DNA of 64,000 nucleotides from Cyanophora paradoxa CCMP329 (taxonomy: Eukaryota; Plantae; Glaucophyta). Under the pieces are notes generated by a model, which was not told where the DNA came from, ran no database searches, and worked only from the letters and a program-made list of their open reading frames with translations. The position numbers and the translations under genes are program-made. Shown in pieces: positions 24,143-36,700 of the stretch (positions are counted from its first letter, which is position 1; each line of letters begins with the position of its first letter). The stretch covers positions 124,001-188,000 of the forward strand of contig QPMI01000569.1 in assembly GCA_004431415.1 (NCBI GenBank), in the 5' to 3' direction.

Positions 24143-27100
24143 AGACTTCTTCTTCCTCATCAGCCTCACCGGTGCTGCCCCCTGCCCGATCCGCCGCGCA
24201 GCGCCCAACCACGTCGGCGCCTGCTCCTTGAGCTCACCCGCCCGCCGGCGCAGTGAACAACAACTCGTGGGAGCCCGCTATCATCGTCTGGCTGAGCGCG
24301 ATACAGAACTCTCTGAAGGTGCCCCACTCTTATACGCACACACTCCCCCCCCCCCCCCCCCTCCCCGCGCCTCCCGCCCCCGTCCTCCGCCTTCTTCCCC
24401 CCAACTGCCGGGTCGTTCCCGCTTTCCCCCGCCAAATGCCCCCTCCCCCAACCTCCCTCCCCCCCCTCCCCCCCCCTCCCCTCCCCGCGCTCCCAGCCTT
24501 CCCCGAACAGTGACGCTCACGGGCGGCGTGCGCAGATCTACTTCAGCGTCTCTGCCACGTGGGTGCGGCGAACCGGGAATATTTATGCAATCGCGCCCCG
24601 TCTTTTTGCCAACTGCTTCGGGCCGCCGGCAGATGTTCTGGATGGGGTGCGCCTCGGTCCTGCTGACGGGCGTGCTGTGCGGTCCGCGGCGGCCCCAATC
24701 GCAGCCACGTTCTTCACGCGCCTTGACTGACGCGACCCGCACGCGCGCAGCGTACGCGTGGCAGACGTTCAAAACGAACCACTTCCCTCTCGGGTCCGCA
24801 CTGAGCATCCCATTCGAGCCTCGCGGCTGCTCCTCTAGATCTGCGTCGACGTCGCGGGGGGGTACCGGCGCTGAGGCGGGGCGCCTCTGGAGCAGGATCT
24901 GGCCGATCAAGCTCCTGCGCGTGGTGGTGAAGCTGCAGCTGACGGCCGGCTACATCCTCCTCCTCAAGCTCTTCGCCTCGGGCCTCCTCTGCCAGGTCAA
25001 CTCCGTCACCCACCGTGCGCGCCTCCGGCTTTGCCCACCCGACGCCCGAAAGCAATGGCCGGCCCTCGCCCGCGCTCACTCCCCCGCGCAGCGGCCGCCG
25101 CCAACCAGCGCTGCCTCGCGTTCCCCAACGTGGTCCGCGGCCCCTCCCGCCTTCGAGGCTCCCCGCGATCCTCTGAGGGCGGGGGCGGGGGCAGCTGTAC
25201 CTGGGGGTGGCGCTGCTGATGCTGCTCTTCTTCCTGCCCCTCTGCGCCGTCCTCGCCCTCGTCTACCACGACTCGAACCCCCGCAGGCGCGTCCCCCGCC
25301 CGCCCCGCGCTGCTCTGCCGGGGGCGAGCATCGACGCAGCATCGACCCGGAGGCGCGCGTGCACGGCCGCGGCGAGCTCCTCTACCTCGCCGTCCGCACC
25401 GTCCGCCCCGCCCCGCCCCGCCCTGCCCCACTCCGCCCCGCCCCGCCCCGCGTGTGGCTTGTCGTCATCCTGCGCCGCGCAGTTCGGGGTCTTCTTCAAC
25501 ATGTTCTTCCCGTCGGAGGCGCTCATCAACTTCTCCATCGCGGCCATGACCGGCGCCGCCGCCGCCTACTTCGTCCTCGTCCAGGCGCGCCGGCCGCGGC
25601 CCCGCAGCGTCCGATCCGCGCCTGTTCGCGGGCTGAGAGCGGCATGGCCGTGGGGCAGCCCTTCTACAACGCGCGCTCGAACGAGTTCCGGATCGGCCTC
25701 CTCTGCGCCGCCTGCGTCTTCTCCCTCAGCTCCTTCGCGGTTCGAGCTTGCAGCCGAGGCACTGGGCCGGGCCCCGCCCCCGCCCCCCTCTGACGCTCGC
25801 GCCGCCCTCGCCGCAGCTGGGCTTCGTGGGGAGGCCGGGGGAGCTGGGCAAGGTGGCCGCCTCGGCGCTCTGCATGGCCCTCGTCGTCGCAGCCTTCCCC
25901 CTCGGCATCCTCGCCGCCCGTGCGCCCCGCACGCGCACGCGCACCCAGATCTAGACGCCTCTGATGCCGCCTCCGCCCGTTGTCCCACCGACGTCGTCGG
26001 CAGGCGCGCGCATCCGCATGCTCTCGCGCCGGCACCGCCCCAGCGCCTCCTCTTCGTCCCCGGGCCAGGCGCCGGTGCCCCGCGCAATTCAAGAGCGTCC
26101 GCTGAGGCGGGGGCAGGTGGCGCCCGGCGGGCTCGAGGGGCTCGAGGGCTCGCGCCACGGGGCCCTGCGGGCGGCGCCGGCGCCCCTCGTGCCGGCGGTC
26201 TTCCTGCTGGACACGGACGTGGAGATTCTCACCCGCTTCCTCCGCGACGCCGCCACCCCCGCCGCCGTCGACGAGGCCCGCGCCGTGCGCCGCCGTTCAT
26301 AACTCGTTTGTTTCTTGCGCGCTTAGCTCCCCGCTGCTTATCCGGCCTCCGGATGCGTTCGCCGCCGCCAGATCTTCCTGCAGGGCCTCGCCCAGTTCAA
26401 GACCAGCAGCTTCCTCCACCTCACGTGCCCTCCCGCGCAAGTTCGAAGGCCGATCGCCGATCTCTCTCCGACGTCGACGCCGGGCGCCGCGCAGGTTCGC
26501 GAAGTTCCTGGTGACGTACGGGTCGGACTCGCAGAGCGCGCTGGCCGAGCTCAAGGTCGCCTGGTCCTGCAAGGTCCCGCCCCCGCCCCGCGCCGCGGGC
26601 CCCCGCGCGCAGCCGAAGTCCTCTCCGCGCACGCGCAGCCCAAGTTCGACATGCGCTTCTTCCTCTCGTCGATCCGGCGGGACGCGGAGCAGCAGGCGCA
26701 CTCGCAGAGCGTCGGGGACTCGGTGGGCCTCACCTACGTCCAGATCCTCGAGTTCCGCACCTTCTACGGCAAGGTCCGCCGGCTCCGGTGGCTGGGCGCG
26801 ACGCCCGCGCCGACACCCGCGCCCGCGCGGGGGCAGGCGCAGGCGGCGCACCAGAAGACGCTGCAGCTGCTGAGCCGCTTCTGGGCGAGCCTGCGGCGGG
26901 CGAGCCTCAGCGCCCCGGGCGTCCTCGACGAGGTGCCCGCCACGCAAACCGCAATCGATCGCGATCGGCGCTCTCAGACGCGGCACGCATGCGCTGCAGG
27001 TGCACCACCGGCTGGAGGAGATCCGGCTGCAGATGGACGCGGCGCAGCGGGCGTACGCCTCGATCCTCTCCAAGTTCGGCACCTCGAAGGCGCTGCTCCG

Positions 27101-30100
27101 TAGCTACGGCAAGTTCTGCGAGGACGTCCTCGTCGACCCCGAGGCGGCCTCCACCTTCTACCGCAAGGCCGACGAGATCGAGCACAAGCAGATGCTCGCC
27201 CGCCGCGCCCAGCAGAAGGGCCTCACGGGCGCCGACGCCGCCAGCGTCAGCGAGAGCGAGAGCTCCAAGCGGAGCAGCAGCCAGGGCAGCGCCGCCGCCG
27301 CCGCGCGGTGCGGTCGTCTAGATCTCATCCTGCTCCGCTCCGTGCACGTGCTCTCTGACCCGGCTGCTTCTGCGGCTGCAGGCGGCGGCGGCGGCCAGCG
27401 TACGTGCTGGCCCACAAGGAGACGAAGGCCGTCAAGAAGCTCTCGTGGGGGATCCTGGGCGGCATGCTGACGCTGGTCGTCATCGGCGCCGTCCTCTTCG
27501 CCGTCTCCAAGCTCCTCAACACCGACTTCAGCAACCGGTGCCGCTCAGCGACACGCTGCGCCTGCCGGCGCTGCTCACGCGAGCACTTTTGCCGCAGCGT
27601 GGCGCACTCGCGCGTGATATCCATGGAGGCCGCCTACCTCGCGGTGCCTGCCGTCCGCTGCAAATCCTTTCGCCAAGCCATAGATTCGAATTCGTGCGGC
27701 GCCCGCGCCCGGCGCGCGTCCGACATCGCGCCCGGCAGGACATGCTGTACGGGGCGCGCTCCCTCTCTATGCTCGCCGCCAACGTCTCCGCCACCGCCGC
27801 CCTCCTCGGCCCCGGCCCCGGTGCCCGCCCCCTCCCCCCTTCCCGAGCCCGAGTGCGCCCTTCACCCTCTCCCCAGGTGCCGGCGCGGGGGCGGGCTGGA
27901 ACGAGACGGTGGCGGCGGCGGCGTACGAGCGGGGCGTCCGCCGCTTCGTCGAGAGCATCCACGAGTTCGAGCACCCGTCCGCCCCCGCCCCGCCCCGCCT
28001 TGCGCGCTCGATTCCATCGCTGCTTTCGTTGTACTCAAGCCCGCCCGCGCCGCAGGTTCATCGGCCTCTGGATCTTCGCGTACTACCCCAGCGACATCCG
28101 TGCGCGCTGCCCCAGACCCGCCGCGCCGCCCCGCTCCAACGCGCCTCGCGCGGCGCAGCGGTGGTCTCGGACGCCGTGATCAACGACGTGTGGACCAAGC
28201 GCCCCGTCCAGCTCGTCAAGGTGCGCCGGCCTGCTCCGCGGGCCCCTCGGGCGACCTCAAGGCACCGACGGACCGGCGGGCGCAGGTGGAGAGCACGAAC
28301 CCGCTGAGCACGCGCTCGCGGCCCCTCGCCCTCTACGGTGCGCGCGCCCCGCCCCGTCCCAGGCCTTCGCATCCTCCTCCTTCTGGGTGTTCACGCCGCC
28401 CGGCCGGCGCGCCCTGTCCTCGGCGCAGACGCGGTGAGCCTGCTGATCAAGGCGGCGCGGGACTTCGCGCACGGCGGCCTCGAGGCCGCCGCCGACCCCG
28501 CCAACAACGTCGCCTTCCGGTGAGGCCGCCGCCACCGAGCATTAATGTTAGCAGCGAATTGCGCTGATCCCGGCCGCGCGGGGCCCGGGCGCGCGCGCAG
28601 GAGCCTGGTGGTGAACGCGCTGGAGCAGATCGTCCCGACGCTCGCCAGCGTCAGCCACCTCGTCGCCGACCGCGTGCGCCCTGCCCGGCCCCGCCCCGCC
28701 GGCCATAGCCGGCGAGCCCGCCCGAGCCGCTCGCGCGCGGGCGCAGCTGATCGAGGCGACGGGGACGAACCGGGCGGCCGTCTGCGCCCTCTTCGGCGTC
28801 AACGTCGGCTTCGTCCTCTTCCTCTGCCTGGTCCCGGCCCCGCCCGCGCCCCCCGCCCCGCCCCGCCCCGCCCCCCTCCGAGCGGCGGGGGCGCGGCAGG
28901 CGGTGTTCGAGCCTGCGTTCCGCTCGGTGGCGAAGAACCAGCGCGGCGTGCACGACATCCTCGAGTCCCTCCCCCGCCACTTCTTCAAGGCGCCCCCGCC
29001 CCGCCCCGCGCCCTTCAGCTGTGGCCTCTGGGCGGGACTCAGGCGTGCGCGCGGGGCCGGGGCGCAGGAGCGGGCGCGGCACTACAGCAAGGCGAAGGCG
29101 TGCTTCGGGGCCGACGAGAACGACCAGAGCGGCGTCGACGAGGCGGAGGAGGAGCGCCGGCTCTCCCCCCGCGCCCCCCGCGCCAGCCGCCGCGCCCGCC
29201 TCCGCGGCGCCCCGCCCAGCGACGGGCCCACCTCGTGCGCCCAGCCGCCTCGCTTTGTGTGGCTTGGCGGCTGACGCGCCGGCAGGGAGGAGGGGGACGA
29301 GAAGGAAGAGGAGGGGCAGGAGGAGGAACAGGCAGGGAGCGAGGGCAGCCGCGGCGGCGGCGGCCGCGGCGGCCGCGGCGGTCTCGACCTCGGGCTCGCG
29401 CCCAGGGCGTCTCCCGTGGTGCTCGGGCCGGAGCCGCCGACCCCGGCGAAGATCGCCTCCGGCGGCTCGTGGGAGGGGCGCACGCTGGTGGAGAGCATCC
29501 GCATCGGCTCGCAGGGCGAGCTCGTCGGCGTGCCCGGGGACGCCTGGGGGGCCTCGACCCCCGCCGTTGCCATCTCGAGCCTGGGCACGGCCCCGGACTC
29601 GCAGCCGGCGGGAGCGGGTCCTCCCGGGAGGCGGCGGGGCAGCTCGCTCTCGAGCGGGAGCGGGGCGGGCGGGGCCGTGGCCGGGGCGGCGCTGGCGATC
29701 GCCTCGGCGGGCCTCCTCTCGGCCTCCTCCAGCTCCCAGACCGACTCCTTCGAGACCAAGGCATCCCGCGCTCGCTTCCAGCTCGCTCGCTTCCGGCCTC
29801 GCTTAGTTTGACTTCGCCTCAGGTCTCGTCGGGGGACGGGCGCGAGGCGGGCCCCACGGGCCTCGGGGGCCCCGGCGGCTCGAGCGCCATCCCCTCCGTC
29901 GCGATCCTCCGCCGCCGCTCCGGGGGCGGGGGCCCCCCCGGCCGCGACGAGGCCGGCACCCCCGGCCCGGGCGCAAAGGTCGGCTTCCCCGCCCCCTTCG
30001 CCGTCGCGGTGCGCACGCGCGCGCCGGTCCCGCGCCGCGCCGCCGGTCAAAGCCGATCAGAGCCGACGGGGGACACGCGTGCGCAGGCCGCGCGGGCCTT

Positions 30101-31921
30101 CTCGCTGGGGGAGCTGGCGGCTCGCGGGGTCGCCCTCGACGACCTCCCCGTCTCATCTCCTCCTCCGGGCCCGGGCGACGGGGCGCAGGCGGACGCGGAG
30201 GCGGAGGCGGAGCTCGAGCTCGAGGGGCTCCTGCGCAGCCTCGGGCCCGCCCCGCCTCCACCCCGGGCCCCCGCCCCGCCCATGCTCTCCTCGCCCTCGC
30301 CGAGCCCGACGGCCCCCCGCTGCGCCCCGGGAGGCCTCCGCCGCCCCGCGGAGGGCGGCGGAGGCAGCGGCAGCGGCTCGGGCGGCTCCGACTCGGACGA
30401 GGGCGACGCGGCCTCGCCGCGTGTGGCCGGGGCCCTCTGAACGCCCCGGCACCGGGCCCCGCGGCGGCGGCGGCGGCCGCCGCTAAGAGCTCGAGGGGCG
30501 CCAAGCCGGCGGCGAAGGCGCGGGCGCGCCGGCCCCTCCTCCGCCCGCCCCCGCTGAGCCGGACGCGGCGGGCGGGGCGCAGGGGTCGGAGTCGGTGGGG
30601 GAGGCGCGGGGCCGCTCGATCATCGCCGCGCTGCGGCGGCGCTACCTCTCCGCCTTTGCCGTCATCGCCGCCATCGCCGCCGCCAACTTCGCCGTCGTCC
30701 GCCCCGCCGCCCTCGCCTTCTACCGCCCCGGCCCGGCGCCCGAATAGAATTCGACATTGAATCTGATGGCCTCCCCTCGCCCTTGGCGCCGCTCACCGCG
30801 CCGACCCCTTCGCCGCGCCCCGCAGAGCTTCTACTTCGTGTCGTTCATGGCGGCCTTCGCGAGCGACGTCCTCTACGCCACCGAGCGCCGCCAGCTCGCA
30901 CAGAGTCCGCCCGCCCCCGCCCCGCCTCCCCTCTGCGCCTTCTCCCGTGTCTGACTTGGCGCCCCCAGCCGCCCTCTTCTACGCCCGCGAGGTGCCCTCT
31001 CGAGCGCCTTGGGGCGCACGCGCCGCCTCGCTTCGCTCACGCGGGGCAGGCGTTCATCGAGGACGGGGTGCTCGGGGGCGGGCGGGAGCGGACGCTCGCG
31101 CGCCTCGCCGCCACCGTCGACTCCCTTGCCGCCATCCACGCCGGTGCTCGATCTGAGGGGAGCCTGGGGGAGGCAGGGCTAACTGGAGCCGGCCCGTGCA
31201 GGCCTGAAGCACGGGAACGCGACGCTGGGACTCATGGGCGCCGACAACCGCTACCTGCCCCAGGACAAGCTCAACGCGCGCCCCGCCCTCCCCCCGCGCT
31301 CGCACCCCGCCCACCGCCTCTTAGCGTCCCGCGCGGGCAGCACTACCCGGTGTGCTCGATCCAGCCGGCGCGGTACGGGGGCGACCCCGCCGACATCGAC
31401 ACGCGGGACGGACGCTACGGCCTCCCCTGCCCCTTCGCCACCCCGGAGGAGCGAAACCTCTACGGGTGCCCGCCCCCCGCAAACAGAGACAGACAGAGTC
31501 TAAACGCACGCGCCGGGGCCCGGGGCTGACGGGAGGGAGGGCGGGCGCCTGCAGGCTGGGCCTGGACCCGATGATGCAGACTTTCCTCCAGTGGCTCGGC
31601 ACCGTCCTCGGCGTCCGCCCGCCCGCCCGCCCAGAACGTTTACTTACTCGACTCTGAACCATCGGGCGGCCTCGCAGGGGGAGACGTGCGTGAAAAACCG
31701 GTGCTCGAAGGCGGGGTGGGCCCGGCCCCCGCACGAGTCCCCCGAGCTCGCCGCCCTCGACCGCATGTGGGCCGGGTCCGCCCCCGCCCCCGCCCTCCCC
31801 GAAACGGACGGCGCCTCAAGCTTGGGGCGGGGCGGGCATCGGCAGGCACCTGCGGGGGGCGCTGGAGGAGTCGATTGGGCTCTTCTTCGAGGAGACCAAC
31901 GCCAAGCTCGCCCTCGGTCCG

Positions 31922-31955
<34 letters not shown>

Positions 31956-32370
31956 CCCCCCCGAGTTCCCCCGAGCCGTGCACGCTCTGACTCCCTCGGG
32001 TCCCTGCGGGCGCAGTGGAGGCGGTGCAGGCGGCGGTCTTCGCCTTCACCGTCGCCTTCCTCGCCGCCATCTACCGTCCGCCCCGCCCGCCCCGGGTTGC
32101 GCCCCGGCCTCCTCCTGGGCCTGACGCGCCCTCTCCCGCATGCGCAGTGCTGGTGTTCCGGCCGATGGTGCGGCGCCTGCAGCTCGAGTCGAGCCGCACC
32201 GTCCAGCTCCTCGCCATGATCCCCAAGGCCCGCCCCGCCCGCCCCGCCCCGCCCCGCCCCGCCCCGCCCTCCGGGGCCCTCTGACGGGCGGGCAGAGCAC
32301 GGTGGGGGACGTGCGGTACCTGCAGCAGTTCTTCCGCCGCGTCAGCGCCACCGACGACGGCCCCGCCTGA
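23434..32370 (+). CDS. TmcB/TmcC-like multi-pass membrane protein, paralog 3 (multi-exon), head-to-head with paralog 2
   Basis: MSKPPSLN... start. Colinear homology with paralog 2 (IFLQGLAQFKTSSFLHL, FGTSKALLRSYGKFCEDV, KLSWGILGGMLTLVVIGAVLFAV, LKHGNATLGLMGADN, FRPMVRRLQLESSRTVQLLAMIPK). Stop at 32368-32370. Confidence 0.78.
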
Positions 32371-32702
32371 GCCCGCTCGCCAGCCCGGCGGGCCCCTCCC
32401 CTCAGATCAGAGAATAATGAGTATAAATAGCAGCGCTCACATGAAGTTTTAGAAACATTGAAAGCGATCACGGAGGGGGGTATACGTACCGGTCTGATCA
32501 TGCTGAATTAATATTACTCGACAAAAAAAGGTCACTTGACAGAAAAAAAGGCCACCCGACGTCGACAGCGGAAACGTCACTTCACGAGGTCACCCGACCC
32601 ACGCAGGACCCCCCTTCCGGAACCCCGCATAACACCAGTGCAGCACCACTCCGGGCCGCAGCTCATTGCACCAGCACCAACTCAAAGATCTTCGTCGCCA
32701 GC

Positions 32703-33083
32703 ATGGACTTCCGGCATCTGAAGGGTAACACGGGCAACACGGTGAGCACACCGTGGGCAGGAGCCTTCTAGCCTGTCGCACTGCCAACTGCTCTAGATCT
32801 CCGACTGCTCTAGATCTCCTCGTTGGCGCCCTCGCCTCCCCAAGAACGTTGCAAACGTTGCACAAGTATGACCGAAATCGCGGGCGCGCATGCGCAGTTC
32901 GACAATTTCAAGCCATCTCCGCCGGCTGTGATGCCGGGCCTGCAGGTGACGCCGCCGACGTACGTGACGCCGTCGCTGAACTTTGCTGTCGGCGACAATT
33001 CGTCGATCCGCCTGTCCGGCCCGACCATGGGCCCCGCCGGCTCCAACGGCAAAGTCGGCCTCCACTTCACTTCTCGCTTCTGA
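32703..33083 (+). CDS. Small hypothetical protein, probably spliced, ending in beta-strand-like ...YVTPSLNFAVGDNSSIRLSGPTMGPAGSNGKVGLHFTSRF
   Basis: Coding-like codon usage from about 32898 (after GCGCAG) to stop 33081-33083; upstream ATG 32703 followed by a GTGAG donor. 5' exon structure unresolved. Confidence 0.4.
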
Positions 33084-33716
33084 ATCGGCGATCGATATCG
33101 CAATTATACGTGCGCGTTTCAACTTCAGCCTTCGCGAGCCGCGTTTTCTGATTTAATTATGATTCACAGAAGAAGGCGCCAGCGTTAGAGACTCCTCCGA
33201 GGCTCCTTTGGCCGACGTGGACTCAGTGGACGCCACGACGTGTAGAAGGCACTCGAGCTCTAGACCGTCGGACTAGGGGGGTCATGGCGATCTAGTAAAT
33301 GAGCTAAATGAGCGCCCCGCCCATGCTGTAAGAATAAATTCTCTGATCTTCATGAGCACATGATCATGAATCGTGGCAGCACCGTGGCAATTTAATTCAG
33401 TTTTGCAATCCAGTTCTGCAGTTTTAATTATGCAAGTTGGCGCTCGCAACCTCGAGCTCGAGCTCTGCCTCTTCCTTCCCAGGTCAGCTGCCGCACCGCT
33501 CGCGGGGCGCGGCTGCAATGCAATTTCATCAAATTGAATATTTACAGTTTACAAGCTTGAGATTCGAAATTACATGTACATGATTTCAAAGATGCTTAGG
33601 ACTATATGAGCGAAAGAAAATGCGGGAAAAGGATAACGATCGGGGAGAAGGCGGCCGGGGACGGGGGGCGGGGGGCAGAAGCCCCCCGGGGCCAACCGGG
33701 GCGGCCCGGCGGGGGG

Positions 33717-36700
33717 TCACCAGGGGGTCTGCGGCTGGTTGCTCGAGTTCATCTTCTTCTTCCGGTTCGCCGACTGCGCGGAGCGGGCAGCCCGCTTGTG
33801 AGGCGGCTGCGGGACAGGGCGGACCCGCTCTACCCCCCCCCTTCGTTCGCACCTGGAGGAGCTCGCCCTCCTCGACGCCGCGCTCGACGAGGTGCTTCAC
33901 GAAGAGGCGCGAGTTGCGCTGCGGGGCGGCGCGGCGTGAGGCGGGCGGGGGCCGGGGCGGGGCGGAGGGGCGCGCCTTGGGGTCGATGCGGGAGCGGCGA
34001 CCCTCGGGCAGCACCGAGAGGTCCGTGCACTGCTCGAACCCCCGCTCCACCTGCCGGGGGGAGGAGTTCAGGGGGAGCGGCCGGCGGAGGCGTGCGGCGC
34101 GCACGAAGTAGTGCGAGGTGTGCGTCGAGAGGCAGCAGAGGCGACGGATGCCCTGCGGCGAAAATCGGGAGGGGGAGGAGGTGGCGGGGGGTACGGGTGC
34201 GCACGCGCTGGTAGGCCTCGCGCTCGAGGTACGCGAGGAGCAGGTCGCCCTTCCCCTGCGCGAGAACGGTCGCCCAGGCGAAACGGGGGGTACGCGAATC
34301 AGATGGGGTACGGGGGGCGCACGGAGGAGCGAAACTCGGGGGAGATGGCGACGCAGGCGACCTGCCGGGGTACGGGTTTAGGGGACGCGGGTTAGAGTGA
34401 AGGTGCGTCGGGGGGTACGCGCCTCGGCGAGGTCCTCGGAGAGAACGAAGAGCGCCGCGCAGCCGATGATCCGGTCCTCGCGCTCGATTACCTGAAGGGG
34501 GGTACGGCGTTAAAAGAGGGGACGAGAGTGCGGTCAAGCTACTTCTGAGGGGGGTACCGTGAAGTTCTCGATGTCGCGGCGGAGCTGCTCGCGGGAGCGC
34601 TGCACGAGGACGCCCTGCCGGGTACACGCACGCGCGAATCAAATCACATCCCGCCCCGAGGAAACGAGATCTCGGGCTCGGGGGGGCGCACGGCCCTCTC
34701 GAGGGGCCGGATGAGCGCCTCGATGTGCACGATGTCGTTCAGCCGCGCCTTCCGCATCCCCTGCGCCCCTTCGGCTAAGAAGGGATGGGAGAGGGGGAAG
34801 GAGCGGGCAGGGGGCGTGGGCCTCGTAGAGGTCGTCGACGACCATGAGGCCGGAGCCGTTGCGCGTGAAGAGCTCGACCAGCAGCGCCCCGTCCTGCGTC
34901 CGTCCCACCTGCGCCCCGCCGCCCCCCCGCTTCAGAGCCCAGGGGGAGGGAGTGGGGCGGGGTACGGGGTACGCACGAGGTGGAGGCGGCGGACGTCGCG
35001 GGGCAGGCCGCGGCGGAGCATGCGCCCGTGCGCCGCCGGGAGCTCGTCCCCGCGCTGCCGTCCCCGCGCTCAGCCGAGCCGGCGCCGCCGAGGGCGGGGT
35101 GCGGGTGCGGGGGCGGGGGCGGGGGCGGGCCTGCTCGAGCATGGTGGCGAGCTCCGAGCGCGTGAACGTGCACGGCTCCGGCATCTGCCCGCGGCCGCGA
35201 GGTCAGCGCGGAGAGGAGCGTGGGAGGGGAGGGGCCGGCCGGCCGCCCCGGCGGGGCGCGCCTGCTCGGTGATGTAGATGAGCTTGTCCGCCTCCAGCGC
35301 CTGCGCCCCGCGCCGGCCGCCGTGAGGCCCGCCCCCCAAGCAGAGCAGAGCATCGCGGGGCGGGGCGGGGCGGGGCGGGGCGGGCCTGGGCGGCCGACCA
35401 GGCGACGTCCTCCGAGGAGCAGTTGAAGACCTCCCCCGTCACGCTGCGCCCCGAGGGCCCCTCCGTCAGCAGCTGAGGCGGACTCTCCCCCCCTGCCCCC
35501 CCGTCTCCCTTGCCTGTAGGCGATGGGGGTTAGGAGGACGATCTCGTTGTTGTGGAGGTGCTTCCGGATCGCCGCCACCTCCACCCGCCGGATCTGCCGG
35601 CGACGCTCGAGGCGGGGCGGGCGGGGAGGGCGGGGGAGGGGGCGGCCCTCGCCTCGCCGGCGTACTTGTGGTCGACGCCGCCGCGCACGCCCACCGGCTG
35701 CGCCCCGCGCGCTCGGACGCGGCCGAGGGGCGGGGCGGGGCGGGGCGGGGAAGGCATGGAGGGGCGCCGGCCTGGCGGGCGGGGGGGCGGGTGCGGGGGC
35801 GGGCCTTTGCGAAGACGAAGTTGCCGGAGGCGACGTGAATGTCGGCCCCCGCGAGGGGCGACTTGATGAGGCCCACCGACAGCGACGCCTCCACGTCCGT
35901 CCGCACCGTCCCCACCGCGTCCTGGGGGGGGGGGGAAGGCCGGGGGTAGAGGGGAGCAGGGGGGGGGCGGGGGGCACCTTGACGGCGCGGAGGACCTTCT
36001 CGCACGTGATGCGGATGTTCGTCTGCTCGTTCACCGCGCACCCGTGCACGTCGCACCTGCCGCCGCCCCGGGGTACGCTTGGGATCTCCAGAGGGGGAGG
36101 ATGCGTGCCGGGGGTACGCGCGCACGAGATGCCGAGGTCGCGGACGCGCTCGTCGATTTGGGGGCGGGCGCCGGCGACGAGGACGAGGTGCACGCCGAGG
36201 CTGCGCCCGGGCTCGAGGGCGGGAGCGGGGCCGGGAAACGGGATCCGCGGGGATTCGAACCTGTTCAAGATGGCGATGTCGGAGACGAGGTTCTGGAAGG
36301 CCTGCACGTCGGCGACGACCTGGAGCCCCCCGGGGGTCGAGGCGGGGCGGCGGCGGGCGGGGAGAGGCGGGGGGCGGGGGGGCGGGGCGGGCCTCGCCGC
36401 CGAAGCAGATGACGAAGGTGGAGCCGCGGTGCACGTTCACGTAGGGTGACGCCTGCCGGAAGATGTCCACGAAGATCTGCGGGGGAGGGGCGAAGGCGTT
36501 GGCGGCGCCGGCCGGGCGGCGGGGGCGGGCGGGCGGGCGGGGGGGCGGGCCTGGTGGCGCTGCGTGCGGTTGAGGCCGTAGCGGTCGACAGCCTCGTCGG
36601 AGGCCTCGTACGGGTTGTCCCCCAGCGAGTAGCCCGGGCTCTCCGCCGCCGGCGAGGACGCCCGCTGCGGAATCGAGCTCGGCGGGCCCGGCGGCGACGA

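Noticed and set aside
36250-36262. GGTTCGAATCC B-box-like motif on the minus strand
   Set aside because: It is the 5' splice site of an argA intron, with no cloverleaf around it.
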